Assembly (NCBI GenBank): GCA_048884965.1
Contig: JBHLQH010000034.1
Span: 1-37,638 of the forward strand
Length of the DNA: 37,638 nt
Source of the DNA: Candidatus Thorarchaeota archaeon
GTDB lineage: Archaea; Asgardarchaeota; Thorarchaeia; Thorarchaeales; Thorarchaeaceae
Direction of reading: 5' to 3'
The position numbers and the translations under genes are program-made. The notes below the pieces were generated by a model. The model searched no databases and was not told where the DNA came from. It worked only from the letters and a program-made list of their open reading frames with translations. This document shows positions 18,419 to 28,481 of the stretch, in pieces (position 1 is the stretch's first letter; every line of letters begins with the position of its first letter).

Positions 18419-19099
18419 TTATGTTGCGAGATGCAACGGGATTATGGTCAGTGTAACTGTATCCGAATCTGAGAGCTTGAGCTTCTTCCGAATATTCACA
18501 GGTGCAATGATCTCTAGGATATCCTCACTATGATGCGTACGTTGTGCAATTACGACAGCCGCCTCGACCTTATCATTGACCTTGACTCTATAGCATATCA
18601 CATCACCAAACGTCCTTCCCTCATGGGTGAACCCAGTAACGACCTGCGGAGGAGTGTGTTTCATGCGATTGATAGCCTTTCTTGAATCATCGGTTGTCAC
18701 TCTCACGTTCAGAGTACCCGGATAGGGCTCAAATCCAAGAGCCTTCCTGAAGCGATCAGAATACACCTCGACATAGTATGCTCCTTCTCCGATCCCATCA
18801 ACTATCACACCATGAATCTTGATCTCATCCTTTGGAGGTGCAAATGCAATCTCAAGTGCGCTGAATACCCGTAGCAGTTCATCTCTCCCTTGATTTGTGA
18901 TTTTCAATTGCATTCCATTGACGGTGTGTGCACGAATGACATAGCCCTTATCGACGCACTCTGCGATTCGGCGAGACGCTGTCTGTTGACTTATTCCGAG
19001 ATTCTTACCTAAATCGCTAGTCTTCAGCAATACGACTTCATGGAGGGCTCCATGTCGAGCAAGTGACAATAGGGTGAACCAAGTTTCAGGCTGAACCAT
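18419..19099 (-). CDS. ribK: CTP-dependent riboflavin kinase with N-terminal HTH (RbkR type)
   Basis: HTH LGISQQTASRRI; GIGEGAYY, GFEPYPGTLN, RTHH..ILEIIAP; start 19099 or 19108. Confidence 0.92.
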   Translation of the reverse strand: MVQPETWFTLLSLARHGALHEVVLLKTSDLGKNLGISQQTASRRIAECVDKGYVIRAHTVNGMQLKITNQGRDELLRVFSALEIAFAPPKDEIKIHGVIVDGIGEGAYYVEVYSDRFRKALGFEPYPGTLNVRVTTDDSRKAINRMKHTPPQVVTGFTHEGRTFGDVICYRVKVNDKVEAAVVIAQRTHHSEDILEIIAPVNIRKKLKLSDSDTVTLTIIPLHLAT

Positions 19100-19112
19100 C
19101 AGAATCATTCTC

Positions 19113-19754
19113 CTACGATGAATCCTTCTCCTGCATCCGCTCTTCGAATTCCCTGAGCTCATGTATCATCTTTGTCTGACGGACTGCATTAGTCACATCT
19201 CCTCTAGTTCTCTCAATTAAATTCCTCGCCACGTCACACTTCCTTCGTAAGTCTGGGACCAGTGCATTGGGGAAATCAAAGTCGTTCAGATTTTCTAGTA
19301 TGTTTTCCATAGAGGACAGTAGATTCACAGCCTTTGTGACATTATCCTCTCTCAAGCTCTCCAATACGGCTCTTCTCAGCTCTCCGACAGTGTCACCTAA
19401 TCCTGTCAAATAGGGCCTTGATGGGATATCGTAATCTACCGGAGGCGTTATCTCGCCCCGTTCAAGAATCGAAAGGATGTTAGCTGCTTCAGCAAGCTCC
19501 TGATACGCAGTATCCAAGATGTGCGTTTTCATCAGGAATTCGCTCTTCAAGAGCTCGTCCTTTGCTTGGATGATGATTGAATTGGCTTCTGCAAGGGACT
19601 TCTTTGCCTTTTCAAAATCTCCACGGTGCGACATCTTGATCGATTCAGAGCAATTCCTAACAGCAGTCCTGGCCAATGGAAGGACCTTCTCTCTAACGAG
19701 ATCATCTGCCTCAATCTCCTCTCTGATTCTATCCAGAACTCTCTCAAATCCCAT
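19113..19754 (-). CDS. Translin/TRAX family protein
   Basis: AYQELAEA, YLTGLGDTVGELRR, LRRKCDVAR. Confidence 0.9.
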   Translation of the reverse strand: MGFERVLDRIREEIEADDLVREKVLPLARTAVRNCSESIKMSHRGDFEKAKKSLAEANSIIIQAKDELLKSEFLMKTHILDTAYQELAEAANILSILERGEITPPVDYDIPSRPYLTGLGDTVGELRRAVLESLREDNVTKAVNLLSSMENILENLNDFDFPNALVPDLRRKCDVARNLIERTRGDVTNAVRQTKMIHELREFEERMQEKDSS

Positions 19755-19773
19755 TATCTTTCGCCTTCCTTCA

Positions 19774-20751
19774 TCATTTCAGTCGCTTTATGTGTTTTCT
19801 ACGAGCCAAGAGTATCACTCGGCTTTCAGCTTGTTCATCAATGAAGTAGTACCCAGTAAGTGCTGCCAGCTTCTCGCCAAAGGCTCTAATCTCCATTTGC
19901 GAGGGCGCGTTATCTGCATTAAGTCGGCCTCTTGACGATCCGAGGTACATATACCCTTTCACTTCAACAAAGTCTGGCTCGCCTCTTGTAATCATTTGCG
20001 CATAATTCCTGATATCATGCATATTGTGTCCTGCGACCATGGTCAGTCTGTTGACGGTTCTACAATCAAGGGACCTCAGGAGTTCCTGTGATTCCATCAA
20101 TTTCTCCCACGCGTCCTTTATCCCTGGTCTTAGTAGCTTGGAATGGGTTTCCTCGTCTGGAGCTGCCAATGTTATGTACAGCTGAGTGGGAAGTGACATC
20201 TTAGAAAGCACTTCTGGTCGTGTTCCATTGGTCACAAGAAAAGAAGTCATTCCCCTATTATGCACTTCATCTACCAAGTCACTCAGAAGTGGATACAGAG
20301 TTGGCTCTCCCGCTAATGAGATAGCCACATGCTTTGGCTCCCTTGCCTCAAGATACCTCTCTCTGTTCACCTTTGCTCCCGCATCTGGATTATAGCCTCC
20401 CAATGAACGTAGATTGGCCATTAGTGTTTCATCAAGTAGGTCTGATGGTGGGAGTACATCCTCAACATCCACTGATAGTTGGTCCCAGCTGATACCGATA
20501 TCACTTGGCGTCACTCGCCAGCAGAACTCACAATTCTGTGTGCATTTATCAACTACAGGAGTCATCTGTAGGCATCGATGCGACTCGATTCCATAGAACT
20601 TCTGCTTATAGCATACATCTCCATACAACAGGCTCTTCTTTTGCCACTGGCAGGCTTTGTATCCACCTCTAGATCCCAAGAGATGATAGCCCTGTCTTTC
20701 GAGCTTTGACTTAAGTTCAAGTGGCAAAGGATTTGGCAAGGTACTAATCAC
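19774..20751 (-). CDS. taw1: 4-demethylwyosine synthase Taw1/TYW1 (radical SAM)
   Basis: CYKQKFYGIESHRCLQMTP, CTQNCEFCWR, HVAISLAGEPTLY, FVEVKGYM. Confidence 0.96.
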   Translation of the reverse strand: MISTLPNPLPLELKSKLERQGYHLLGSRGGYKACQWQKKSLLYGDVCYKQKFYGIESHRCLQMTPVVDKCTQNCEFCWRVTPSDIGISWDQLSVDVEDVLPPSDLLDETLMANLRSLGGYNPDAGAKVNRERYLEAREPKHVAISLAGEPTLYPLLSDLVDEVHNRGMTSFLVTNGTRPEVLSKMSLPTQLYITLAAPDEETHSKLLRPGIKDAWEKLMESQELLRSLDCRTVNRLTMVAGHNMHDIRNYAQMITRGEPDFVEVKGYMYLGSSRGRLNADNAPSQMEIRAFGEKLAALTGYYFIDEQAESRVILLARRKHIKRLK

Positions 20752-20796
20752 GGATGCCCTCCGAGCATCCTCTTATCAGGATTTGGCAATGATACA

Positions 20797-22053
20797 TTAG
20801 TTAGATTCGAGCCTTTCTCCAAGCGATTCTTGATATCCCCATGAACCAGTGACTTTCTTCTTTCTTGCCAGCTCTCCTAGTATCTTCCTAGTCCTAGAAT
20901 CCAATCTCCCTGTTGGCATGTACTCCCATTCGCTACCCGGGAGTGGCATGAATACATGCGCATGAATCTTTGCACCAAGTCCTACAAGCTCCTCGCACAC
21001 ATCCAAGCTCGCTTCAATGTCCTTTTCGCTTTCCTCAGGAAGTCCGAAGATCATGTCAACGTGGGGTATGAAACCTGCATCCTTCGCCATAGCAATTGCA
21101 TCCTTTCCTTCTTGGACAGAGTGATGTCTGTTTGCAGCCTTTAGGATATCATCGCTACCTGATTGTAGGCCAATTTGGAGCGTCCTGTTCGCGACGTACT
21201 GCCTGAACATCTCTAGTATCTCTGGAGTGACGAACTCAGGTCTAACCTCGGAGGGGAATGAGCCAAAGAAGATGTCAATTCCTGTGCGCTTTGTTACCTG
21301 CATTAGGAGCTTTTCCAGTTTCTCAGGTTCAGCTCTTCTTCCTTTTCCCCCATAGCAAAGAGCATTGGGCGACAAGAACCAAGTTCTTTCGAATCCCCGT
21401 TGTTCGACTGCCTGTTCAAGCCAATAACCTACAGAGTCCACTCCTCTATGTCTAACGATCCCTCCTGATAGAAAAGGAGTTGCACAGAACTTACACTTGA
21501 ATGGGCAGCCTCTCGTCACCTCTACAGGCCCTACGACATTCAGGCCAATCGCAAAAGGGGGGTAGTCATCTAGGGCAACATAGCCGGTATTTCTAGGGAC
21601 CGGAATGGAATCGCTATCAGGTCCTACTATTCCCATGATGGACGTTGGATCTTTGTCGTTACCCAATTTCCAAAGAAGCTCCCTAATACTCGACTCGCCC
21701 TCTCCAATGACAACATAGTCGAATCCCATATCTATCAGGTCCATGGGTCTTGCGCTAGCATGAGGTCCGCCCCCAACTATAGTGACCCTCTTCCCAAAAC
21801 GTTGTCTGACCGCTCTGACCTCATCTCTCACTCTCTCCAATTGCGTACTCATCACAGAATGTGCGAGCACAACCTTTCCATGTTGTATCCCTTCTTCTAG
21901 TTCTTTCTCAATTGAGTCTAATGGAGCAAGAACTCGAATCGATTCAAGTCTAGGATCTGTTTCAATTGACCCGAGAAGAGCAGCAAGACTGTATCTTGAA
22001 GAGCTGTGTGCACGAAAGATTAGCGAATGTATGTCCAACGATTGCACGCGCAC
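20797..22053 (-). CDS. B12-binding domain/radical SAM protein (TIGR04013, MJ1487-like)
   Basis: VGGGPHAS, VVIGEGE, EVTRGCPFKCKFC, FFGSFPSEVRPE, QSGSD, FMPLPG. Confidence 0.88.
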   Translation of the reverse strand: MRVQSLDIHSLIFRAHSSSRYSLAALLGSIETDPRLESIRVLAPLDSIEKELEEGIQHGKVVLAHSVMSTQLERVRDEVRAVRQRFGKRVTIVGGGPHASARPMDLIDMGFDYVVIGEGESSIRELLWKLGNDKDPTSIMGIVGPDSDSIPVPRNTGYVALDDYPPFAIGLNVVGPVEVTRGCPFKCKFCATPFLSGGIVRHRGVDSVGYWLEQAVEQRGFERTWFLSPNALCYGGKGRRAEPEKLEKLLMQVTKRTGIDIFFGSFPSEVRPEFVTPEILEMFRQYVANRTLQIGLQSGSDDILKAANRHHSVQEGKDAIAMAKDAGFIPHVDMIFGLPEESEKDIEASLDVCEELVGLGAKIHAHVFMPLPGSEWEYMPTGRLDSRTRKILGELARKKKVTGSWGYQESLGERLESN

Positions 22054-22646
22054 TAGTTCTCGATGACTCGTTCAGTCACGCCATCCTTAGTGACGGTCAT
22101 CACACGTATCTCTCCGCCCGATTGAACGTCTCTTGCGATACCTGCGCGAACTGCTTTGATTGCGATTTCCTCAGCAGCTTTGACGGTTAGATCTGGAGCA
22201 TAATCCTTCTCAAGGACACCATATGCAGTTCTAACGCCAGTACCAGTTGCTGTGAACTCGTCTGGAATAAGCGAGCCACCCATATCCAGCGTGTATAAGG
22301 AAGGCCCATCCTTGTCAACGCCGATAATCACAGTTTGCACATAGAGCGGCGCAAACCTTCGTGAATAGAGGGTATTTGCTACCATCTTTGAGAGGGCCTT
22401 TACAGAGATGGGTTTCTTGTTATCTAGTTCATAGAGCTTGATTTGAGCTTGTAGCCTATTGACCAGCATTTGATAATCAGAAGTCAAACCTGCTGAAGCA
22501 AGCACGATCGTATCAGTGAGCTTGAATGCTTTGACACCCTTTTCGCTTAGGACTAATGTTCCCCAGCTGATGAGGGAGTCAGTAGCTACTACTGTTCCAT
22601 CTGTACACTTGATTCCTACTACTGTGGCACCTGTTGGAAGACTCAT
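22053..22646 (-). CDS. psmB: Proteasome beta subunit, predicted non-catalytic (Thr1 replaced by Ala)
   Basis: G-ATVVGIKCTDGTVVATDS, K33 retained, AGLTSDYQML, ATGTG, RDVQSGG. Confidence 0.93.
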   Translation of the reverse strand: MSLPTGATVVGIKCTDGTVVATDSLISWGTLVLSEKGVKAFKLTDTIVLASAGLTSDYQMLVNRLQAQIKLYELDNKKPISVKALSKMVANTLYSRRFAPLYVQTVIIGVDKDGPSLYTLDMGGSLIPDEFTATGTGVRTAYGVLEKDYAPDLTVKAAEEIAIKAVRAGIARDVQSGGEIRVMTVTKDGVTERVIEN

Positions 22647-22828
22647 TTTTGGCCCATCCTCCTGTGGAGCATGTTCATATTATAGTGGTCCAGATTCTTC
22701 AATCCTTTTAAAAGATATGACCTGTACACCTGTCGAGTGAATAGCTAGGGAGAAGTGAAACGTCCATACAATAGTTGCTAAAAGGCATTCTTTTGACGTC
22801 CTATCGTTAGCTTGGGTGTGATATTATT

Positions 22829-23908
22829 ATGAGCGCTCTGAATCCTTTCAAACGAATTTCGACCATTATGAGAGCAGAAGAGATCATCGAGTACGCTCAC
22901 AGCAAATCAGTGAAAGTTAGTATGAAAAGTTCGAAGATGATTGAGAAAGTAGAACGAGCTCGCATACGAGAAATAGCTCGACTAATGGAATTCTCAAAAT
23001 TGGTAAAGACCAAGCTCAAAGAAGCAGTGGAAGGATTTCCAACACTCGACCGATTGCATCCATTCTATATGGAACTCACAGATATCCTCGTGGGCTTGGA
23101 CAAGCTGAAGCAATCCTTGGGTGCGGTGTATAACTGTATCCCACCTATTGATGAGGTCACCAAATCTCACATGGAAGCTCTCAAGCTAGGGCAAGACTAC
23201 AAACAGATGAAACGATCCCGAAGTGCTGCCAAAGGAAGAATCGCTTCCATCGTACGGTCCACTTCAAAGAACCTTGATTTCATCATTGATGCCAAGATAA
23301 AACTCGAAAGACTGCCAGGGATACTTCCAAACTCTCCTACCATAGTGTGCGCTGGCTTTCCAAATGTTGGCAAATCTACTCTTGTCAAAACTGTTTCAAC
23401 TGCAGAACCAGAGATTGCCTACTATCCCTTCACAACGAAGCATGTGATTATGGGACATCTCAAGATCCGAGATTATAGGGTCCAGATCGTAGACACTCCG
23501 GGTATCCTTGATAGGCCTATGAGCAAGCGGAATGACATTGAGAAGCAGGCTATCACTGCATTGAAATATCTTGCACATGTAATTATCTTCATTCTTGACC
23601 CGTCTGAAGCATGTGGATGGTCCATTTCTGACCAGATGAACCTTCTTCGCGAAGTTCAAAGGATGTTCCCCATCATTCCAATCCTGGTCGCCTTCAACAA
23701 GATTGACATAACTCTGCCAGAGAAGATGGTCGAGGCTAGAAAAATGGTGCCAGACGCCTACGAGATCGTTGCCGTAGAAGGGAAAGGAGTGGATGAGCTT
23801 CTTCAAGATGCAGTTGATGAGGTCGACCTCAAATCTCTACAGGATGAGATTGATGAGCATGTGGAATCACTGGGCCAAAGAAAGGCCGACGCCTCTTATC
23901 CTGACTAG
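22829..23908 (+). CDS. NOG1-family GTPase
   Basis: FPTLDRLHPFY, GFPNVGKST, YPFTTK, DTPGILDRP, NKID. Confidence 0.94.
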   Translation: MSALNPFKRISTIMRAEEIIEYAHSKSVKVSMKSSKMIEKVERARIREIARLMEFSKLVKTKLKEAVEGFPTLDRLHPFYMELTDILVGLDKLKQSLGAVYNCIPPIDEVTKSHMEALKLGQDYKQMKRSRSAAKGRIASIVRSTSKNLDFIIDAKIKLERLPGILPNSPTIVCAGFPNVGKSTLVKTVSTAEPEIAYYPFTTKHVIMGHLKIRDYRVQIVDTPGILDRPMSKRNDIEKQAITALKYLAHVIIFILDPSEACGWSISDQMNLLREVQRMFPIIPILVAFNKIDITLPEKMVEARKMVPDAYEIVAVEGKGVDELLQDAVDEVDLKSLQDEIDEHVESLGQRKADASYPD

Positions 23909-24934
23909 ACCTGGACTACCAACCTGCCCCTGAATATCTATCTCAGCGCCTAGGATATGATGTGCAACCCAGATATTCGTTGTGAGATGTGATGTGACCT
24001 CTGTCACTCCCATCAGACTTTCTCCCTTAGCGAGTGCCATGTATGGAATGAGCATGTCACAGAGATGCGAGTCGATTGCTTTCGTTGTCGACAGATCTTG
24101 CACGAGCCGTCTTGCCGCTTCAGAGCCAACTAGCTCCGCACGTTTTCCCTTCGAACCAAGGACATCAGCTCCAAGCCTGTTTCCTGTGTCAGACTCTGCC
24201 CAGAGCACGATTCCGCTTCCTGGACCAAGATGCGGGTCGTTATGCCTTTGGTATGATTCTCTAACTATGCTCTGAAACGATAGCCCTCTTTCAGAAAGGA
24301 TGTCTTCGGCGCTTTCTGCCTGACGTTCCGCGACATGCGGTGGCAGTTTGACGCAATGCGAGATACCAGATACGGTCTTCAAATTCCCAAAATCCACAAA
24401 TGATGCAGGTGATATCTTTTCACAAGGGGTGGTATCTACTGATACTTTTCCTCCTCCTTTGGGATAGTGTCCTCTTCGTTCTTGGATGATGGCTAGCCTT
24501 GGTCCCATCCTTGCAAGGATTGGAACAAAGACTTCTCGCAAATAGTCCACCGGAGGGCTCCAAGAAACGTCCGTTCCTCCCCGAAGGCGGAATCCGACGG
24601 GCTCATCTGATAGTATTGCTGGAGGCAAGACTGCTTGCAGGACCAAGGAAACTGAGCCAGCCGTTCCTATATCATAATCAAAGATTCCTGCTCCTCTCTC
24701 ACCAGGCTTGAACTCGATTGTTTCACTACCAATCTCAAGCCCCTTGATCTCTGCGTTCACCAGCCGCCCAGTGAGTTCTATACCTGCTATATGCTGCCTC
24801 TTGAGACCTGGCTTTGGTCTTCCTGCGCGGATTTTTGTGATTCGAATGGGTTGTAGAGTTAGAGCTGAGAGGGATACTGCAGTCCTGAGGATCTGTCCTC
24901 CTCCTTCTCCATAAGAGCCATCGATTTCTATCAT
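23867..24934 (-). CDS. rtcA: RNA 3'-terminal phosphate cyclase
   Basis: IDGSYGEGGGQILRT, RPKPGLKRQH, GGTDV, RRGHYPKGGG, catalytic His in TSHLTTN. Confidence 0.96.
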   Translation of the reverse strand: MIEIDGSYGEGGGQILRTAVSLSALTLQPIRITKIRAGRPKPGLKRQHIAGIELTGRLVNAEIKGLEIGSETIEFKPGERGAGIFDYDIGTAGSVSLVLQAVLPPAILSDEPVGFRLRGGTDVSWSPPVDYLREVFVPILARMGPRLAIIQERRGHYPKGGGKVSVDTTPCEKISPASFVDFGNLKTVSGISHCVKLPPHVAERQAESAEDILSERGLSFQSIVRESYQRHNDPHLGPGSGIVLWAESDTGNRLGADVLGSKGKRAELVGSEAARRLVQDLSTTKAIDSHLCDMLIPYMALAKGESLMGVTEVTSHLTTNIWVAHHILGAEIDIQGQVGSPGLVRIRGVGLSLAQ

Positions 24935-25040
24935 AGTCCGACCCTATCACTAAGAATCATCACTATGTTAAGAACCTCTCTCATTTTTGTCCTTGCCCAA
25001 TCCTTATTTACCAGCTACTTTTCATTTTCAGATGATAACG

Positions 25041-25565
25041 ATGCGCTCAATATTCATTGGAAGGTTCCAACCCATTCACTTGGGACACCTACACACCATC
25101 AAGCAGATCCTTGACAAGGAAGAAGACCTCATTATTGCGGTCGGAAGTTCCCAGTACTCGCATACCCCCAATAATCCTTTCACCGGCGGAGAGCGCGTTA
25201 TGCTAATCAAGCGAGTTCTAATCGACGAAGGTCTTCCTCTGGATAGGATCGATATTGTCCCTATCACAGATATCAACATCAATCCCTTGTGGATTGCCCA
25301 TCTCAAGAGCTTTGTTCCCTATTTTGACAAAGCCTACTCTCATAATGCTCTAGTTCAACGGCTATTCAGGGATGCAGGTATCCAACTTGACGAAACAGCC
25401 TTGCTTGAACGCACATCATATAGTGCGAATCATATCCGTGATCTGATTCGATGGGGCAATGATGAATGGAAGACCTTAGTCCCTCCTGGAGTGGTCGAGC
25501 TGATGGAAAAATACGAGCTTGATAAGAGGATCAAGGCAGTCGGTAACAATACAACCAAGCGATAA
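25041..25565 (+). CDS. nadM: Nicotinamide-nucleotide adenylyltransferase
   Basis: FIGRFQPIHLGH, GSSQYSH..NPFTGGER, WKTLVP. Confidence 0.94.
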   Translation: MRSIFIGRFQPIHLGHLHTIKQILDKEEDLIIAVGSSQYSHTPNNPFTGGERVMLIKRVLIDEGLPLDRIDIVPITDININPLWIAHLKSFVPYFDKAYSHNALVQRLFRDAGIQLDETALLERTSYSANHIRDLIRWGNDEWKTLVPPGVVELMEKYELDKRIKAVGNNTTKR

Positions 25566-25715
25566 ACGCTTACAGCAGACTTTAAATAAGAACTGACTAG
25601 GACAGTATCTTGGTGAACGATAATGCTAGGTGACTGCGTTCCGAACAATTAACAGTCTGATTCTATGTCCTAGCCAATGCTATATAATCCAGAATAAACA
25701 TAATGAGATGATATC

Positions 25716-27200
25716 ATGAACGGTAGTGAAACGAATAACGATGCGAAACAAGCCATTTTCAATATCAGTAAGGAAAATGACTTCCCAGAATGGTACAGTG
25801 AGATCTGCAAGGTCGCTGAGCTAGCAGATATTCGGTACAATGTCAAGGGATTCACGCCGTTCCTACCTTGGAGTGTCATGTCAATGAACCTCATGTTTGA
25901 CTATCTTGAGGTCAACCTCCAAGCGAAGGGGCATCTGCCCATGCTATTTCCAACGGTGATTCCTGAGAGCAACTTGACTAAAGAGGCTGAACATGTCGAA
26001 GGATTCACACCTCAGGTCTTCTGGATTAGGGAGATTGGCGATGGACAGCAACTTGAGGAAGCATTGGCACTGAGGCCTACAAGTGAAACTGCGATATATC
26101 CTATGTACTCTTTGTGGGTGCGAAGCTGGCGTGACCTTCCCATGAAGAGGTACCAGCGTTGCTCTGTGTTCAGGTCAGAGATCAAGAGCACTCGCCCCTT
26201 CCTCCGAGGTCGGGAGTTCCTCTGGATTGAGAGTCATAATGTCTATGCCACTCATCAAGAGGCTCTGGATCAGGTCATGGAAGATCTTGAGATCACCAAG
26301 GAGGTTGTCACAGGGGATTTCGGTATTCCTGTCATGGTATTCAAGAGGACCCAATGGGACAAGTTCCCTGGTGGGTTCAATACCTATGCAGCTGATACCT
26401 TGATGCCTGATGGAAAAGTGATTCAGCTTCCTTCGACCCATGATCTTGGAGATAATTTCGCAAAGGCCTTCGATGTCAAGTATCTCAACGAAGCTAATGA
26501 AACGGTCTATGCTTGGCAGACCTGCTATGGTCCTGCCATCTCAAGAATCTATGGAGCATTGATATCTGTCCATGGAGATGATAAAGGGCTTCGGATACCC
26601 TACAAGATCGCTCCTTATCAGGTCGTCATCGTGCCTATCTACAAGGAGAAGACCAAGACCGAGGTATTAGGATATTGTAGGAATCTAGAGAAGACCCTGC
26701 GGAAGGAAGGAGTCCGAGTTCATCTAGACGACCGTGATCAAACTCCTGGCTGGAAGTTCAACTACTGGGAGATGAAAGGAGTTCCTATCAGAATTGAGGC
26801 TGGTCCACGTGACATCAAGGATCAGAAGGTCGTAGCGATGAGAAGGGACACCCTTGAACGCCAGAGCCTTGAGCTAGCATCCATCAAGAAGAGCATTCCC
26901 AAGTTGGGTGAGGATATCGATGCCAATCTGCGAGCGATTGCTGAATCGAAGTTCGAAGGCTTGATAGTCGACGCTGATTCCATTGGTACCATTGACGATG
27001 CCCTTAGCAAGGGCAAGATCGCACGAGTGCCCTTCTGTACTACACAGATGGATGGTCTTGCATGTGATGAGGAGCTCAAGGAAAAGACAGGTGGAGAGGT
27101 ACGCGGCACACGAATAGATGTGGAAGAAACGGCCTCGGGTGTATGTCCTGTCTGTGGAAAGGTCGCAAAAGAAATCGTCTACATCGCACGCTCCTATTAG
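25716..27200 (+). CDS. proS: Proline--tRNA ligase (archaeal/eukaryotic type)
   Basis: KEAEHVEGF, LRPTSET, PFLRGREFLW, PGWKFNYWEMKGVP, C-terminal Zn site CPVC, ending ARSY. Confidence 0.97.
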   Translation: MNGSETNNDAKQAIFNISKENDFPEWYSEICKVAELADIRYNVKGFTPFLPWSVMSMNLMFDYLEVNLQAKGHLPMLFPTVIPESNLTKEAEHVEGFTPQVFWIREIGDGQQLEEALALRPTSETAIYPMYSLWVRSWRDLPMKRYQRCSVFRSEIKSTRPFLRGREFLWIESHNVYATHQEALDQVMEDLEITKEVVTGDFGIPVMVFKRTQWDKFPGGFNTYAADTLMPDGKVIQLPSTHDLGDNFAKAFDVKYLNEANETVYAWQTCYGPAISRIYGALISVHGDDKGLRIPYKIAPYQVVIVPIYKEKTKTEVLGYCRNLEKTLRKEGVRVHLDDRDQTPGWKFNYWEMKGVPIRIEAGPRDIKDQKVVAMRRDTLERQSLELASIKKSIPKLGEDIDANLRAIAESKFEGLIVDADSIGTIDDALSKGKIARVPFCTTQMDGLACDEELKEKTGGEVRGTRIDVEETASGVCPVCGKVAKEIVYIARSY

Positions 27201-27300
27201 TCGTATCTGTCGGTCAGAGATGAGAGCTATCGCTCTGACCATATCTTTTTCTTGATACGTCAGAGTGACTACTGAGAACTACTTTCGGAGTCGTAGCCAG

Positions 27301-28287
27301 ATGAAGATCCTTGTTCCCTATCCTGAAGAAACTGTTGAGAGTATTAGGAAACTTGTAGGCAGTGAGGCTGAGGTTGCTAGATCAGACAGAAGCGTAGAGG
27401 ACATGCTTGCGGTAGGGCATGATGCTGAAATCATTGCTTCCGGAAGAGTTCCTGACGAGTTCATTCGAAAGGCAAAGGCACTCAGGATGATACAATCCTT
27501 TGGTGCTGGAATCGATAAAATCGGTATGGATGCAGTTATCGAACGCGGTGATGTGGTTGTCTGCAACAATCATGTCAATGCGGCAGAGGTCGCCGAATAC
27601 GCAATTATGCTCCTTCTAGCGGCAGCCAAGCATATTCTTCACTCGGATCGAGGGATTCGATCTGGTGATTGGAGCATGACCTGGGGCGGCCCTCGTCCAA
27701 ACCATGAGCTTAGAAAGAAGACCGGCTTGATTATCGGTTTGGGGCATATCGGAAGAGAAATTGCCCAGCGACTAAGGGCTTTTGATATGAATCTGGTCGC
27801 AGCAACAAGGTCTGGAGCCTCGGAGGCATCTCATCTTGTCGATACTGTGACGCATATCGATACTGTGGCCCCTTTTGTAAAAGAAGCTGACTTTATTGTC
27901 CTGTCTCTTCCTTTGACAAAGGAATCTGAGAATCTAGTAGACAGAGAATTCCTCTCTCTCATGAGCGAGAATGCCATTCTCGTGAATATCTCCCGGGGTT
28001 CGATCGTAGATGAAAGTGCACTTTTTGACGCTCTGAAGGAGAGGAAGATTGCAGGAGCTGCACTGGATGTCTGGTGGGACTACCCCGCTACCTGGGGAGG
28101 TTCTGGAAAGCTTCCATCGGAGAACTATCCTTTTCATGAGCTCGACAATGTTGTTCTATCTCCACATCGAGCTGCGTATTCTGAGAATATCGTACAGGAT
28201 CAGCTTCGTTTTGTTGGTGAGAACATTCTGCGGTATATTCATGGCGAACAGCTGCTTAACATCATAGATACAGACCTTGGATACTAG
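27301..28287 (+). CDS. D-isomer-specific 2-hydroxyacid dehydrogenase
   Basis: GAGIDKI, VAEYA, IIGLGHIG, LVNISRG, AALDVW, SPHRA. Confidence 0.93.
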   Translation: MKILVPYPEETVESIRKLVGSEAEVARSDRSVEDMLAVGHDAEIIASGRVPDEFIRKAKALRMIQSFGAGIDKIGMDAVIERGDVVVCNNHVNAAEVAEYAIMLLLAAAKHILHSDRGIRSGDWSMTWGGPRPNHELRKKTGLIIGLGHIGREIAQRLRAFDMNLVAATRSGASEASHLVDTVTHIDTVAPFVKEADFIVLSLPLTKESENLVDREFLSLMSENAILVNISRGSIVDESALFDALKERKIAGAALDVWWDYPATWGGSGKLPSENYPFHELDNVVLSPHRAAYSENIVQDQLRFVGENILRYIHGEQLLNIIDTDLGY

Positions 28288-28481
28288 TTTCGCGCCCTTT
28301 GTGATTTTCTGAAGGGGTTTTTCAGGGGTATTCCTCACACATTACTGTACTATAGGAGTCATTATGACCCTCTCTAAGAATCTACAAGGAGGCAGGTGAA
28401 ATATCTCATTTCGTCCGAGAGTCAAACCTTTTAGGGCAGCCGATTGACGAAACACCAGATTGCTACTCTGAGGAAGCTAAA

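Noticed and set aside
19109-19162. N-terminal extension of RbkR overlapping translin
   Set aside because: An RBS and ATGs at 19108/19099 follow the translin stop.
23867-23908. 42-bp convergent overlap of NOG1 and rtcA
   Set aside because: Tail-to-tail overlaps are ordinary in compact archaeal genomes.
28355-28372. Short palindrome GTCAT-T-ATGAC upstream of the MutS5-like gene
   Set aside because: Too short to distinguish from chance without comparative data.
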